Of a DNA stretch of 64,000 bases, positions 23,908 through 38,453 are shown one piece after another; positions within the stretch are counted from its first letter, which is position 1; each line of letters opens with the position of its first letter. The notes under the pieces were generated by a model. It worked only from the letters and a program-made list of their open reading frames with translations. It was not told where the DNA came from and did no database searches. The translations under genes and the position numbers were made by a program. The DNA is from Heterodontus francisci (taxonomy: Eukaryota): the NCBI RefSeq assembly GCF_036365525.1, contig NW_027142279.1:868001-932000 (forward strand). Reading direction: 5' to 3'.

Positions 23908-24037
23908 TATATAGGGGTTGGAGCTGTCACTGAGACTGACACTGTTCACAGCAGAGTGGACCCAAGACTGAGGAGCAAGCAGCTGGAACTGAACCGACAA
24001 CATCTCTCACCCAGCGACATCTACTTTGGAGACTTTG
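23908..24037 (+). promoter_or_regulatory. Probable TATA box (23908-23913) and non-coding first exon (~23940-24037) of the GP2/UMOD-like gene
   Basis: TATATA about 30 bp before a stretch ending in the donor TTG|GTAAGC, 450 bp upstream of the signal-peptide exon; weak HNF1-like GTTAATATTTCAG at 23863-23875. Confidence 0.5.
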
Positions 24038-24501
24038 GTAAGCAGTCGGGTATGGGAGGACTGTTAGAAAAAGCAAAGGAGTTTGTCACTTGCTAGGTGT
24101 TGACCCAGGGGGTGTGTGTCCTGCTTCTCCTGAAACAACATCATCTTGAGTCATAACCTTAGTCAGAAATTCAAAGAGGTTTGTTTCAGGGATGCAGGAG
24201 ACAGACCTGGAGGAGAGAGTCAGGAACACATGTGGTTTATTCATAAAAGCTTTGGAGAGTGGAAAGGGTGAAGGATTGGAGTCAAGTTCCTGATGTTTAA
24301 CAAGAACATGTAGCTGAGCTCACCTCTGTCTGTCAGAGCCCCAGTGAGAGAGAGATAATTAGATGGAGCTCACCTATCTAAAACAGATATACTGACGAAC
24401 TCCTCGGCAACTCCCTATTTAATATTCCCTCCAATTCCCTACTCGGTAATCTCTCTCAAATGTTTGTCTTGTGTTTCCCTTTCCAGAATCTCACCAGTAA
24501 G

Positions 24502-24535
24502 ATGTGGACTCTGCTGATCATTCTGAGTTACCTGA
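24502..24535 (+). CDS. Signal-peptide exon of GP2/uromodulin-like gene (exon 24487-24535)
   Basis: tttccctttccag acceptor, AAGATG start, MWTLLIILSYL, phase-1 donor A|GTGAGT; joins in frame to 48273. Confidence 0.7.
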
Positions 24536-24599
24536 GTGAGTAACTTTCATAAAGTTCACCCCCAGTACAACCAGAACAAGCTGTGTTTATTCAAACCGT

Positions 24600-25560
24600 T
24601 ACACAGAATAATCTCCCAAGATGTTCCACAGTAATCTGATTGAAGAAATGTCTGACAGGGCAGGGAAGGAGATGATTGGAGGGCTGACTGTTAGTTTAAA
24701 AGAACAGACAGAGGTGGAGAGGCAGAAAGGTTTAGGAGGCTGGACATCTTGAAGCCACATCAGGCAATGTTGGAGGAAAGGGAGTGGAGGGAAGTTATAC
24801 AGGAGGCTTGGGTCAGAGAAACAGAGAGTTGGTGAAGATTACAGAAATGAGCTGGTAGATGTCGGGAGAGGTCATGAAAGAATTTGAACAAGAAGATGAA
24901 AATTGTAGGCCAAAGGCATTTGCAGCTGTGAAACAATGTGGGTCAGAGAGCATAGGGGTGATATGTGACTTCAACTTTCAGCAAGATAACATACAGCAGC
25001 ATAACATACATAACATACAGTGTTGGGGGAGTCCTGACCTCTGGAAAGTGGAAGCTGGGAGGCTGGCCAGGAGAGGATTAGAAGATTTGATTCTCTAGAA
25101 GGTTGAGGGTTTTAGGTAGAAGATTGGCTGAGGCAAAATCAGTGATGGTGGATATTAAGGAAGGTGAAATTGACAGCCTTTGTGGTGAAGAGGCTACAGG
25201 GAAGGAAGCTGGACTCAGTCAGCAGCAGGGCCGTGTGCTGATGAGAAATAAGAGGGGGACACGGATAGATCCTTGGGATACCCTCGTGTGGGTCGGGAAG
25301 ACACTGCAGGAGATTCTCTGGCTGAGACGGGATTGCGTTGAGTGGAAGCAGGCGAGAGGAGTCCTACCCAGCTGGACAAGGAAGGAGAGGTGTTGGCGGA
25401 GGGTAATGTATTGGACTGTGTCAAAGACTGTTGACAGTTCGAGTAGGATGATCAGGAACAGACCACGGACACAGAGGATATCATTTGCCTCTTTTATAAG
25501 GATTTTATTCAGGAGCTGTGACAGGGGTGGAAACCAGCTTGAAAAGCTTCAAAATGGAAT
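24600..25560 (-). mobile_element. Degenerate L2-type LINE fragment
   Basis: Minus strand agggtatcccaaggatctatccgtgtcccc (GVPQGS-like) and tcaacagtctttgacacagtc (SAAFDTV-like). Confidence 0.55.
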
Positions 25561-26344
25561 TTACATTTAAGTGCTTCAATTCCTATCGTTTATACTTTTG
25601 ATCATTTCAAATGTCTGCATTTCTAATCAATCTTCAATATTTGCATTAGTAATTAATATTATTACTTTTCCTATTTTTGGAATCTATTTTCACCTCAAGA
25701 GAATTGAGGTAGATTGTAATCCTTGGGATGCCCTGAAATTATTGTTCTTTATTTACACAAATAAGCTGATAATACTGTATATATTCCAGTTATATTTATA
25801 TATTTCTCTCCAATATTTAGCGAAATGTGTTTGCTCGATAAATTTAATATTTACTTTTATAGATTTATACATTTAGGTTTCATTCAATTTTTAGCTTCGA
25901 TTTCTTGTTTTAATTTAATTATGATTCAATTAAGTTCTTTATTCCTTAATGTTTATATTTCTTGTACATACTCTCAGTATTCTTATCATCGTGTTTATAA
26001 AATGTGGTATTAAATGCTATTTTAATTCAGCCTCCAACTTGTTTATAGGCTCAATATTAAAATGTTCATTATTCATGAATATATCATTGAATGGTTTGTT
26101 CAATGAACACCATAAGCAGAACGTTATTCTTGATCTAATTCCACTTGGGAACTGAGATCGTAGAATCGTACAGGACATAAAGAGGCCATTCGGCCCTTCG
26201 TGCCTGTACTGGCTCTGACAAAGAGCTGCCCAATTGTTCCCAATAGCTCCAGCTGTTTTTCCATAGCCCCGCAGATGTTTCCTTTTCAAATATCTATCCA
26301 ATTCCATTTTCAAAGTTACTGCGACATCTGCTTCAAACAGTATT

Positions 26345-26745
26345 TCTTTTATTCTTTCATGGGATGTGGGCATCACTGATCAGGCCATCATTTGCTGCCC
26401 ATCCCCAATTGCCCTTGATGGCTGAATGTCTTGCTAGGCGATTTCAGAGGGCAGTTAAGGCGATCACATTGCTGTGGGTCTGGAGTCACATGTAGGCCAG
26501 ACCGGGTAAGGATGGCAGATTTCCTTCCCTAAAGGGCATTAGGGAACCAGATGGGTTTTTACGGCAATCGATGATGGTTGCATGGCACCATTACCGAGAC
26601 AAGCTTTCAATTCCCGATTTTTTTATGAAGCAATTGAATTTAAATTCCAGAAGCTGCCGTGGTAGCGTTTGAACTCGTTTCCCCAGGGCATTAGCCTGAG
26701 CCTCTGGATTACTAGTTCAGTGATATCACTGCAATGCCCCCATCT
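26345..26745 (-). mobile_element. tRNA-derived SINE with L2-like tail
   Basis: Minus-strand head ...ctagtaatccagagg...gagttcaaac, body ttagggaaggaaatctgcc...; tail shared with the 4510/16835 LINE 3' end. Confidence 0.65.
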
Positions 26746-27059
26746 CCATTTTTTCCAGACCGTGTCAACTCTCTGCACAAAATAGTTTGTACTCGCTGGT
26801 TCGTTTGTCAATCCCCTTAAACCTTATGCATTGGAAACAATTTCTCCCCAACGACTCTATCAAAACTCCTCATAATATTGATCGCCTCCAACAGGCCCCC
26901 ACTTCAACTTCCCTGTTCTGACCCCAACCTCTGTCGTCCATCCACATCCCTGAATTCCCACATCCCGAATTCCAAACCAGTCCATCTCCAACCCTCCCTC
27001 TCTAGATCATGGATATCTTTCTGAAAGTGTGGTGCACAGAATTGGACGCAATATTCCAT

Positions 27060-28295
27060 TTTTTGAGAAGATGACTAGATGTGTAGATGAGGGTAAAACA
27101 GTTGATGTAGTCTACATGGACTTCAGTAAGGTTTTTTATAAGGTCCCGCAGGAGAGATTGGTCAAGAAGATAAGAGCCCATGGGATCCAGGGCAATTTGG
27201 CAAATTGGATCAAAAATTGGCTTAGTGGCAGGAGGCAGAGGGTAATGGTCGAGGGTTGTTTTTGAAATTGGAAGCCTGTGACCAGTGGTGTACTGCAGGG
27301 ATCGGTGCTGGGACCCTTACTGTTTGTAGTGTACTTTACTGATTCAGAGGTGAATATAGGAGGTATGATCAGTAAGTTGGCAGATGACACGAAAATTGTT
27401 GGTGTCGTAAATAGTGAGAAGGAAAGCCTCAGATTACAGGATGATATAAATGGGCTGGTAAGATGGGCAGAGCAGTGGCAAATGGAATTTAATCCTGAGA
27501 AGTGTGAGGTGATGCATTTTGGGAGGACTAACAAGGCAAGGGAATATACAATGGATGGTAGGACCCTAGGACGGACAGGGTGTCAGAGGGATCTTTGTGT
27601 ACTTGTCCATAGATCACTGAAGGCAGCAGCACAGGTAGCTAAGGTGGTTAGGAAGGCGTATGGGATACTTGCCTTTATTATCCAACGCACAGACTATAAG
27701 AGCAGGGAGGTTATGATGGAAGCTGTATAAAACGCTAGTTCAGCCACAGCTGGAGTACTGTGTACAGTTCTGGTCACCACACTACAGGAAGGATGTGATT
27801 GTACTGGAGAGGGTGCAGAGGAGATTCACCAGGATGTTGCCTGGGCTGGAGCATTTCAGCTATGAAGAGAGACTGAAAAGGCTAGGGTTGTTTCCCTTGG
27901 AGGAGAGAAGGCGAAGGGGGAACATGATTGAGATACATAAACTAATGAGGGCATTGATAGGTTAGATAGGAAGAAACTTTTTCCCTTCGTGGAGGGGTCA
28001 ATAACCAGGGGGCACAGATTTATGGTGAGGGGCAGGAAGTTTCGAGGGGATGTGAGCAAAGACTTTTTCACCCTGAGGGTGGGTGGAATCTGGAACGCAC
28101 TGCCTGAAGAGGTGGTAGAGCAGGAACCCTCAAAACATTTAAGAAGTATTTAGATGAGCCCTGGAAACGCCATAGCATACAAGACTACGGGCCAAGTGCT
28201 GGAGAATGCGATCAGAATAAATAGGTGATTGATGGCCGGCATGCACACGGTGGGCCGAAGGGCATGTTTTCGTGTGGTATAACTCTATGATTCCA
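27060..28295 (+). mobile_element. CR1 RT and 3' fragment
   Basis: ORFs 27029..27265 and 27278..27730 (YMDFSK, GVLQGSVLGP, LADD); tail ctatgattccatg. Confidence 0.9.
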
Positions 28296-29973
28296 TGACT
28301 CCAGCTGAGGGCTAACCAGTGAATTATAAAGGTTCAGCATAACTTCCTTGCTTTTGTATTCCACTCCTCTGTTACTTAAAATCAAGGATCCTGTTTGCTT
28401 TTTAATAAGGTTCTCACTTTCTCCTGCCAATTCAGTGACCTGTGTCCATTCCACCCCAGGTCTCTTTCATCCTGAAATCTTTTTAAAATGATACAACTTC
28501 ATTTCAATTAACTCTCCTCCTCATTCCTTCCAAAATGCATCACTTCACACTGATCTGCACGAAGCTCCATCTGTCCTTTGCTGAACCATTATAACGGCTG
28601 CTCAAGTCCTCGAGAAGTCTGTCACATTGGCAAAAAAACATGAAATCTCTCACTGAGCAACGAACATCTCCCACTGTCAGTATTCAGTATTCACCTGGGG
28701 AGTGAGATACCTCATGATATCTCGCACTGACCATTGAGTGTCTCTCACTGTCTTTAATCAGTGTTCACCTGGGGACTGAAATACCCCATGATATCTCACA
28801 CTGACCACCGAGTGTCTCTCACTGTCTGTACTCAGTGTTCACCTGGCGACTGAGATACCCCGTGATATCTCACACTGACGATCGAGCGCCTCTCACTGTC
28901 TGTACTCAGTGTACACCAGGGGACTGAGATACACCCGATATCTCACACTGACCATCGAGTGTCTCTCACTGTCTGCAGTCAGCGTTCACCTGGGGACTCA
29001 GATAGTCCTGATTTCTCACACTGACCATCGAGTGTCTCTCACTGTCTGTACTCAGTGTTCACCTGGAGATTGAGATACCCCATGACATATCACAATGCCC
29101 ATCGAGTGTCTCTCACTGCCTGAACTCAGTTTTAACCAGGGGACAGAGACACCCCATGATATCTCACACTGACAATCGTGTGTCTCTCACTGTCTGTACT
29201 CAGTGTTCACCTGGAGATTGAGATACCCCATGACACCTCACACTGACCATCAAGTGTCTCTGACTGCGTTTAATCAGTGTCCACCTGGGGAGTGAGATAC
29301 CCCATGATATCTCACACTGCCCATTGAGTGCCGCTCACTGTCTTTATTCAGTGTTCATCTGGGGACTGAGATACCCCGTGAACTCTCACACTGACCATCG
29401 AATGTCTCTCATTGTCTGTACTTAGTGTTCGCCTGGAGATTGAGTTACCCCATGATATCTCACACTGACCATCGAATGTCTCTCACTGTCTGTACTCAGT
29501 GTTCACCTGGGGACTGAGATACCATAGGATTTCTCACACTGACCATCGAACATCTCTCACTGTCTGTATTCAGTGCTAACCTGGAGATTGAGTTACCCCA
29601 TGATATCCCACACTGACCATCGAGTGCCTCCCACTGTCTGTAACCAGTGTTCACCAGTGGACTGATATACCCCATGATATCTCACACTGACCATCGAGTG
29701 TCCCTCACTCTCTGTACTCAGTGTTCACCTGGGGACTGAGATATCCCTGATTTCACACACTGACAATTGAGTGTCTCTCACTATCTGTACTCAGTGTTCA
29801 CCCGGGGACTGAGATACCCCATGATATATCGCACTGACCATCGAGTGTCTCTCACTGTCTTTGCTCACTGCTTATCTGGGGACTGAGATACCCCATGATA
29901 TCTCACACTGACCATCGAATGTCTCTCACTGTCTGTTCTCAGTGTTCATCTGGGGACTGAAATATCCCGTGAT

Positions 29974-31437
29974 CCACTGTCCACTGGAGGAGTACCGGAT
30001 GATTGGAGGGTGGCAAATGTTGTTCCCTTGTTCAAGAAAGGGAATAGGGATAACCCTGGGAATTATTGACCAGTCAGTCTTCCATCGGTCATGGACAATC
30101 ATTGGAGAGGATTCTGAGAGACAGGATTTATGATTATTTGGAAAAGCATGGTTTGATTAGAGACAGTCAGCATGGCTTTGTGAGGGGCAGGTCATGCCTC
30201 ACCAGCCTTATTGAACTCTTTGAAGATGTGACAAAACACACTGATGAAGGAAGAGTAGTGGATGTGGTGTATATGGATTTTAGCAAGGCGTTTGTTAAGG
30301 TTTCCCATGGGAGGCTCATTCGGAAAGTAAGGAGGTATGGGATTCAGGGAATGTTGGCTCTCTGGATACAAAATTGGCTGGCCCATCGAAGTCAGAGTGT
30401 AGTAGTAGATGGAAAGTATTCAGCATGGAGCTCGCTGACCAGTGGTGTTCCACAAGGATCTGTTCTGGGACCTCTGCTCTTTGTGATTTTTATAAATGAC
30501 TTGGATGAGGAAGTGGAAGGCTGGGTTAGCAAGTTTGCCGATGACACGAAGGTTGCTGGAGTTGTGGATAGTGTGGAAGGCTGTTGTAGGTTGCAACGGG
30601 ACATTGACAGGATGCAGAGCTGGGCTGAGAAGTGGCAGATGGAGTTCAACATGGAAAAGTGTGAAGTGATTCATTTTGGAAGCTCGAATTTGAATGCAGA
30701 ATACAGGCTTAAAGACAGGATGCTTGGTAGTGTGGAGGAACAGAGGGATCTTGGTGTCCATGTCCATAGATAGCTCAAAGTTGCCACCCAAGTTGATGTA
30801 GTTGTTAAGAAGGCGTATGGTGTGTTGGCTTTCATTAACAGGGGGATTGAGTTTAAGAGCCACGAGGTTATGCTGCAGCTATATAAGGCCCTGGTTCGAC
30901 CACACTTGGAAAATTGTATTCCGTTCTGGTTGCCTCATTAGAGGAAGGATGTGGATGCTTTAGAGAGGGTGCAGAGGAGATTTACCAGGATGCTGCCTGG
31001 ACTGGAGGGCATGTCCTACGAAGAAAGATTGAGGGATCTAGGGCTTTTCTCGTTGGAGCGAAGAAGGATGAGAGTTGACTTGATAGAGGGGTAGAAGATG
31101 ATGCGAGGCATAGATAGACGGATAGTCAAAGACATTTTCCCAGGGTGGAAAGGGCTACCACCAGGGGGCATAATTTTAAGGTCATTGGAGGAGGTTTTGT
31201 AGATGTCAGAGGTGGGATCTTTACACAGATAGTGGTGGGTGCGTGGAATGCACTGCCAGCGGTGGTAGTAGAAGCAGATACATTAGGGGCATTTAAGCGA
31301 CTCTTGGATAGGTACATCGATGATAGTAGAATGAAGAGTGGGCAGTTAGTTTGATCTTAGAGTAGGTTAAATGTTCGGCACAACAACGTGGGCCTAAGGG
31401 CCTGTACTGTGCTGTACTGTTCTATGTTCTATGTTCT
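29974..31437 (+). mobile_element. CR1 3' fragment, copy 1, inside the satellite
   Basis: RT ORF 30066..30773 (FADD), tail (TTCTATG)n. Confidence 0.92.
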
Positions 31438-34250
31438 TACGATATCTCACACAGACCATCGAACATCTCTCACTGTCTGGACTGAGAGTTCACCAGGAGA
31501 CTGTGATAGCCCATGACCTCTCACACTGCCCGTCGAGTGTCTCTCATTATCTGTATTCAGTGTTCACCCGTGGACTGAGATACCCCATGATATCTCACAT
31601 TGACCATCGAGTGTCTCTCACTGTCTGTGCTCAGTGTTCACCTGGGGACTGAGATACCCCATGATATCTCACACTGACCATCGACTGTCTCTCACTGTCT
31701 GTCATCAGTGTTCACCTGGGAACTGAAAGTCGCCATGATATCTCACGCTGTCCATCGAGTGTCACTCACTGTCTGCAATCAGTGTTAACCTGGGGTATAA
31801 GATACCCCTGATATCTCACATTGACCATCGAGTGTCTCTCACTGTCTGTCCTCAGTGTTCACCTGGGACTGAGATACCTCATGATATCTCACATTGACCA
31901 TCGTGTGTCTCTCTCTCAGTCTGCACTGAGTGTTAAACAGGGGTCTGAGAAACACCTGATATCTCACACTGACCATCGAGTGTCTCTCACTGTCTGTAAT
32001 CAGTGTTAACCTGGGGTCTGAGAGACACCATGACATCTCACACTGACAATCGACTGTCTCTTAATGTCTGTACTCAGTGTTAACCTGGGGTCTGAGACAC
32101 CCCATGATATCTCACACTGACCATCGACTGTCTCTTAATGTCTGTACTCAGTGTTCACCAGTGGACTGAGATACCCCATGATATCACACACTGACCATCG
32201 AGTGTCTCTCACTGTCTGTACTCATTGTTCACCAGGGGACTGAGATACCCCATGATATCTCACACTGACCATCGAGTGTCCCTCACTGTCTGTACTCAGT
32301 GTTCAACTGGAGACTGAGATACCCCATGATCTCTCACACTGACCATCGAGTGTCTCTCATTATCTGTTTTCAGTGTTCACCCGGGAATGAAATACCCCAT
32401 GATCTCTTACACTGACCATCGAATGTCCCACACTGTCTGTACTCAGTGTTAACATGGGGACTGAGACAGCCCATGATATCTCACACTGACCATCGAACAT
32501 CTCTCACTGTCTGTACTCAGTGTTCACCTGAAGACTGAGATAGCCCATGATCTCTCAGACAGCCCATCGAGTGTCTCTCATTATCTGTATTCAATGTTCA
32601 CCCGTGGACTGAGATACCCCTTAATAGCTCACACTGACCAACGAGTTTCTCTCACTATCTGTACTCAGTGTTCACTTGGGGACTTAGAGACCCCATGATA
32701 TCTCATGCTGACCATCGACTGTCTCTCTCTGTCTGCACTGAGTGTTAAACTGGGATCTGAGATACCCCATGATATCTCACAGTGCCCATCGAGTGTCTCT
32801 TAATGTCTGCACTCAGTGTTCACCAGTGGACTGAGATACCCCATGATATCTCTCACTGACCATAGAGTGCTAATCACTGTCTGTACTCATTGTTCTCCTG
32901 GAGACTGAAATACCCCATGATATCTCACACTGGCCATCGACTGTCTCTCACTGTCTGTAATCAGTGTTCACCTGGGGACTGAGAGTGCCCATGATATCTC
33001 ACGCTGTTCATCGAGTGTCTCTCACTGTCTTTAATCAGTGTTCACCTGGGGACTGAAATACCCCATGATATCTCACACTGACCACCGAGTGTTTCTCACT
33101 GTCTGTACTCAGTGTTCACCTGGCGACTGAGATACCCCGTGATATCTCACACTGACGATCGAGCGCCTCTCACTGTCTGTACTCAGTGTACACCAGGGGA
33201 CTGAGATACACCCGATATCTCACACTGACCATCGAGTGTCTCTCACTGTCTGCAGTCAGCGTTCACCTGGGGACTCAGATAGTCCTGATTTCTCACACTG
33301 ACCATCGAGTGTCTCTCACTGTCTGTACTCAGTGTTCACCTGGAGATTGAGATACCCCATGACATATCACAATGCCCATCTAGTGTCTCTCACTGCCTGA
33401 ACTCAGTTTTAACCAGGGGACAGAGACACCCCATGATATCTCACACTGACAATCGTGTGTCTCTCACTGTCTGTACTCAGTGTTCACCTGGAGATTGAGA
33501 TACCCCATGACACCTCACACTGGACATCAAGTGTCTCTGACTGCGTTTAATCAGTGTCCACCTGGGGAGTGAGATACCCCATGATATCTCACACTGCCCA
33601 TTGAGTGCCGCTCACTGTCTTTATTCAGTGTTCATCTGGGGACTGAGATACCCCGTGAACTCTCACACTGACCATCGAATGTCTCTCATTGTCTGTACTT
33701 AGTGTTCGCCTGGAGATTGAGTTACCCCATGATATCTCACACTGACCATCGAATGTCTCTCACTGTCTGTACTCAGTGTTCACCTGGGGACTGAGATACC
33801 ATAGGATTTCTCACACTGACCATCGAACATCTCTCACTGTCTGTACTCAGTGCTAACCTGGAGATTGAGTTACCCCATGATATCCCACACTGACCATCGA
33901 GTGCCTCCCACTGTCTGTAACCAGTGTTCACCAGTGGACTGATATACCCCATGATATCTCACACTGACCATCGAGTGTCCCTCACTCTCTGTACTCAGTG
34001 TTCACCTGGGGACTGAGATATCCCTGATTTCACACACTGACAATTGAGTGTCTCTCACTATCTGTACTCAGTGTTCACCCGGGGACTGAGATACCCCATG
34101 ATATATCGCACTGACCATCGAGTGTCTCTCACTGTCTTTGCTCACTGCTTATCTGGGGACTGAGATACCCCATGATATCTCACACTGACCATCGAATGTC
34201 TCTCACTGTCTGTTCTCAGTGTTCATCTGGGGACTGAAATATCCCGTGAT

Positions 34251-35714
34251 CCACTGTCCACTGGAGGAGTACCGGATGATTGGAGGGTGGCAAATGTTGT
34301 TCCCTTGTTCAAGAAAGGGAATAGGGATAACCCTGGGAATTATTGACCAGTCAGTCTTCCATCGGTCATGGACAATCATTGGAGAGGATTCTGAGAGACA
34401 GGATTTATGATTATTTGGAAAAGCATGGTTTGATTAGAGACAGTCAGCATGGCTTTGTGAGGGGCAGGTCATGCCTCACCAGCCTTATTGAACTCTTTGA
34501 AGATGTGACAAAACACACTGATGAAGGAAGAGTAGTGGATGTGGTGTATATGGATTTTAGCAAGGCGTTTGTTAAGGTTTCCCATGGGAGGCTCATTCGG
34601 AAAGTAAGGAGGTATGGGATTCAGGGAATGTTGGCTCTCTGGATACAAAATTGGCTGGCCCATCGAAGTCAGAGTGTAGTAGTAGATGGAAAGTATTCAG
34701 CATGGAGCTCGCTGACCAGTGGTGTTCCACAAGGATCTGTTCTGGGACCTCTGCTCTTTGTGATTTTTATAAATGACTTGGATGAGGAAGTGGAAGGCTG
34801 GGTTAGCAAGTTTGCCGATGACACGAAGGTTGCTGGAGTTGTGGATAGTGTGGAAGGCTGTTGTAGGTTGCAACGGGACATTGACAGGATGCAGAGCTGG
34901 GCTGAGAAGTGGCAGATGGAGTTCAACATGGAAAAGTGTGAAGTGATTCATTTTGGAAGCTCGAATTTGAATGCAGAATACAGGCTTAAAGACAGGATGC
35001 TTGGTAGTGTGGAGGAACAGAGGGATCTTGGTGTCCATGTCCATAGATAGCTCAAAGTTGCCACCCAAGTTGATGTAGTTGTTAAGAAGGCGTATGGTGT
35101 GTTGGCTTTCATTAACAGGGGGATTGAGTTTAAGAGCCACGAGGTTATGCTGCAGCTATATAAGGCCCTGGTTCGACCACACTTGGAAAATTGTATTCCG
35201 TTCTGGTTGCCTCATTAGAGGAAGGATGTGGATGCTTTAGAGAGGGTGCAGAGGAGATTTACCAGGATGCTGCCTGGACTGGAGGGCATGTCCTACGAAG
35301 AAAGATTGAGGGATCTAGGGCTTTTCTCGTTGGAGCGAAGAAGGATGAGAGTTGACTTGATAGAGGGGTAGAAGATGATGCGAGGCATAGATAGACGGAT
35401 AGTCAAAGACATTTTCCCAGGGTGGAAAGGGCTATCACCAGGGGGCATAATTTTAAGGTCATTGGAGGAGGTTTTGTAGATGTCAGAGGTGGGATCTTTA
35501 CACAGATAGTGGTGGGTGCGTGGAATGCACTGCCAGCGGTGGTAGTAGAAGCAGATACATTAGGGGCATTTAAGCGACTCTTGGATAGGTACATCGATGA
35601 TAGTAGAATGAAGAGTGGGCAGTTAGTTTGATCTTAGAGTAGGTTAAATGTTCGGCACAACAACGTGGGCCTAAGGGCCTGTACTGTGCTGTACTGTTCT
35701 ATGTTCTATGTTCT
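34251..35714 (+). mobile_element. CR1 3' fragment, copy 2 (duplicated with the satellite)
   Basis: Same ORFs and stops as copy 1, offset 4277; one T/I difference in ORF 35422..35631. Confidence 0.92.
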
Positions 35715-38453
35715 TACGATATCTCACACAGACCATCGAACATCTCTCACTGTCTGGACTGAGAGTTCACCAGGAGACTGTGATAGCCCATGACCTCTCA
35801 CACTGCCCGTCGAGTGTCTCTCATTATCTGTATTCAGTGTTCACCCGTGGACTGAGATACCCCATGATATCTCACATTGACCATCGAGTGTCTCTCACTG
35901 TCTGTGCTCAGTGTTCACCTGGGGACTGAGATACCCCATGATATCTCACACTGACCATCGACTGTCTCTCACTGTCTGTCATCAGTGTTCACCTGGGAAC
36001 TGAAAGTCGCCATGATATCTCACGCTGTCCATCGAGTGTCACTCACTGTCTGCAATCAGTGTTAACCTGGGGTATAAGATACCCCTGATATCTCACATTG
36101 ACCATCGAGTGTCTCTCACTGTCTGTCCTCAGTGTTCACCTGGGACTGAGATACCTCATGATATCTCACATTGACCATCGTGTGTCTCTCTCTCAGTCTG
36201 CACTGAGTGTTAAACAGGGGTCTGAGAAACACCTGATATCTCACACTGACCATCGAGTGTCTCTCACTGTCTGTAATCAGTGTTAACCTGGGGTCTGAGA
36301 GACACCATGACATCTCACACTGACAATCGACTGTCTCTTAATGTCTGTACTCAGTGTTCACCAGTGGACTGAGATACCCCATGATATCACACACTGACCA
36401 TCGAGTGTCTCTCACTGTCTGTACTCATTGTTCACCAGGGGACTGAGATACCCCATGATATCTCACACTGACCATCGAGTGTCCCTCACTGTCTGTACTC
36501 AGTGTTCAACTGGAGACTGAGATACCCCATGATCTCTCACACTGACCATCGAGTGTCTCTCATTATCTGTTTTCAGTGTTCACCCGGGAATGAAATACCC
36601 CATGATCTCTTACACTGACCATCGAATGTCCCACACTGTCTGTACTCAGTGTTAACCTGGGGACTGAGACAGCCCATGATATCTCACACTGACCATCGAA
36701 CATCTCTCACTGTCTGTACTCAGTGTTCACCTGAAGACTGAGATAGCCCATGATCTCTCAGACAGCCCATCGAGTGTCTCTCATTATCTGTATTCAATGT
36801 TCACCCGTGGACTGAGATACCCCTTAATAGCTCACACTGACCAACGAGTTTCTCTCACTATCTGTACTCAGTGTTCACTTGGGGACTTAGAGACCCCATG
36901 ATATCTCATGCTGACCATCGACTGTCTCTCTCTGTCTGCACTGAGTGTTAAACTGGGATCTGAGATACCCCATGATATCTCACAGTGCCCATCGAGTGTC
37001 TCTTAATGTCTGCACTCAGTGTTCACCAGTGGACTGAGATACCCCATGATATCTCTCACTGACCATAGAGTGCTAATCACTGTCTGTACTCATTGTTCTC
37101 CTGGAGACTGAAATACCCCATGATATCTCACACTGGCCATCGACTGTCTCTCACTGTCTGTAATCAGTGTTCACCTGGGGACTGAGAGTGCCCATGATAT
37201 CTCACGCTGTTCATCGAGTGTCTCTCACTGTCTTTAATCAGTGTTCACCTGGGAACTGAAATACCCCATGATATCTCACACTGACCACCGAGTGTCTCTC
37301 ACTGTCTGTACTCAGTGTTCACCTGGCGACTGAGATACCCCGTGATATCTCACACTGACGATCGAGCGCCTCTCACTGTCTGTACTCAGTGTACACCAGG
37401 GGACTGAGATACACCCGATATCTCACACTGACCATCGAGTGTCTCTCACTGTCTGCAGTCAGCGTTCACCTGGGGACTCAGATAGTCCTGATTTCTCACA
37501 CTGACCATCGAGTGTCTCTCACTGTCTGTACTCAGTGTTCACCTGGAGATTGAGATACCCCATGACATATCACAATGCCCATCGAGTGTCTCTCACTGCC
37601 TGAACTCAGTTTTAACCAGGGGACAGAGACACCCCATGATATCTCACACTGACAATCGTGTGTCTCTCACTGTCTGTACTCAGTGTTCACCTGGAGATTG
37701 AGATACCCCATGACACCTCACACTGACCATCAAGTGTCTCTGACTGCGTTTAATCAGTGTCCACCTGGGGAGTGAGATACCCCATGATATCTCACACTGC
37801 CCATTGAGTGCCGCTCACTGTCTTTATTCAGTGTTCATCTGGGGACTGAGATACCCCGTGAACTCTCACACTGACCATCGAATGTCTCTCATTGTCTGTA
37901 CTTAGTGTTCGCCTGGAGATTGAGTTACCCCATGATATCTCACACTGACCATCGAATGTCTCTCACTGTCTGTACTCAGTGTTCACCTGGGGACTGAGAT
38001 ACCATAGGATTTCTCACACTGACCATCGAACATCTCTCACTGTCTGTACTCAGTGCTAACCTGGAGATTGAGTTACCCCATGATATCCCACACTGACCAT
38101 CGAGTGCCTCCCACTGTCTGTAACCAGTGTTCACCAGTGGACTGATATACCCCATGATATCTCACACTGACCATCGAGTGTCCCTCACTCTCTGTACTCA
38201 GTGTTCACCTGGGGACTGAGATATCCCTGATTTCACACACTGACAATTGAGTGTCTCTCACTATCTGTACTCAGTGTTCACCCGGGGACTGAGATACCCC
38301 ATGATATATCGCACTGACCATCGAGTGTCTCTCACTGTCTTTGCTCACTGCTTATCTGGGGACTGAGATACCCCATGATATCTCACACTGACCATCGAAT
38401 GTCTCTCACTGTCTGTTCTCAGTGTTCATCTGGGGACTGAAATATCCCGTGAT

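Noticed and set aside
25570-26140. AT-rich block with hydrophobic ORFs suggesting a mitochondrial or foreign insert
   Set aside because: No recognisable protein or tRNA motifs; low complexity explains the ORFs
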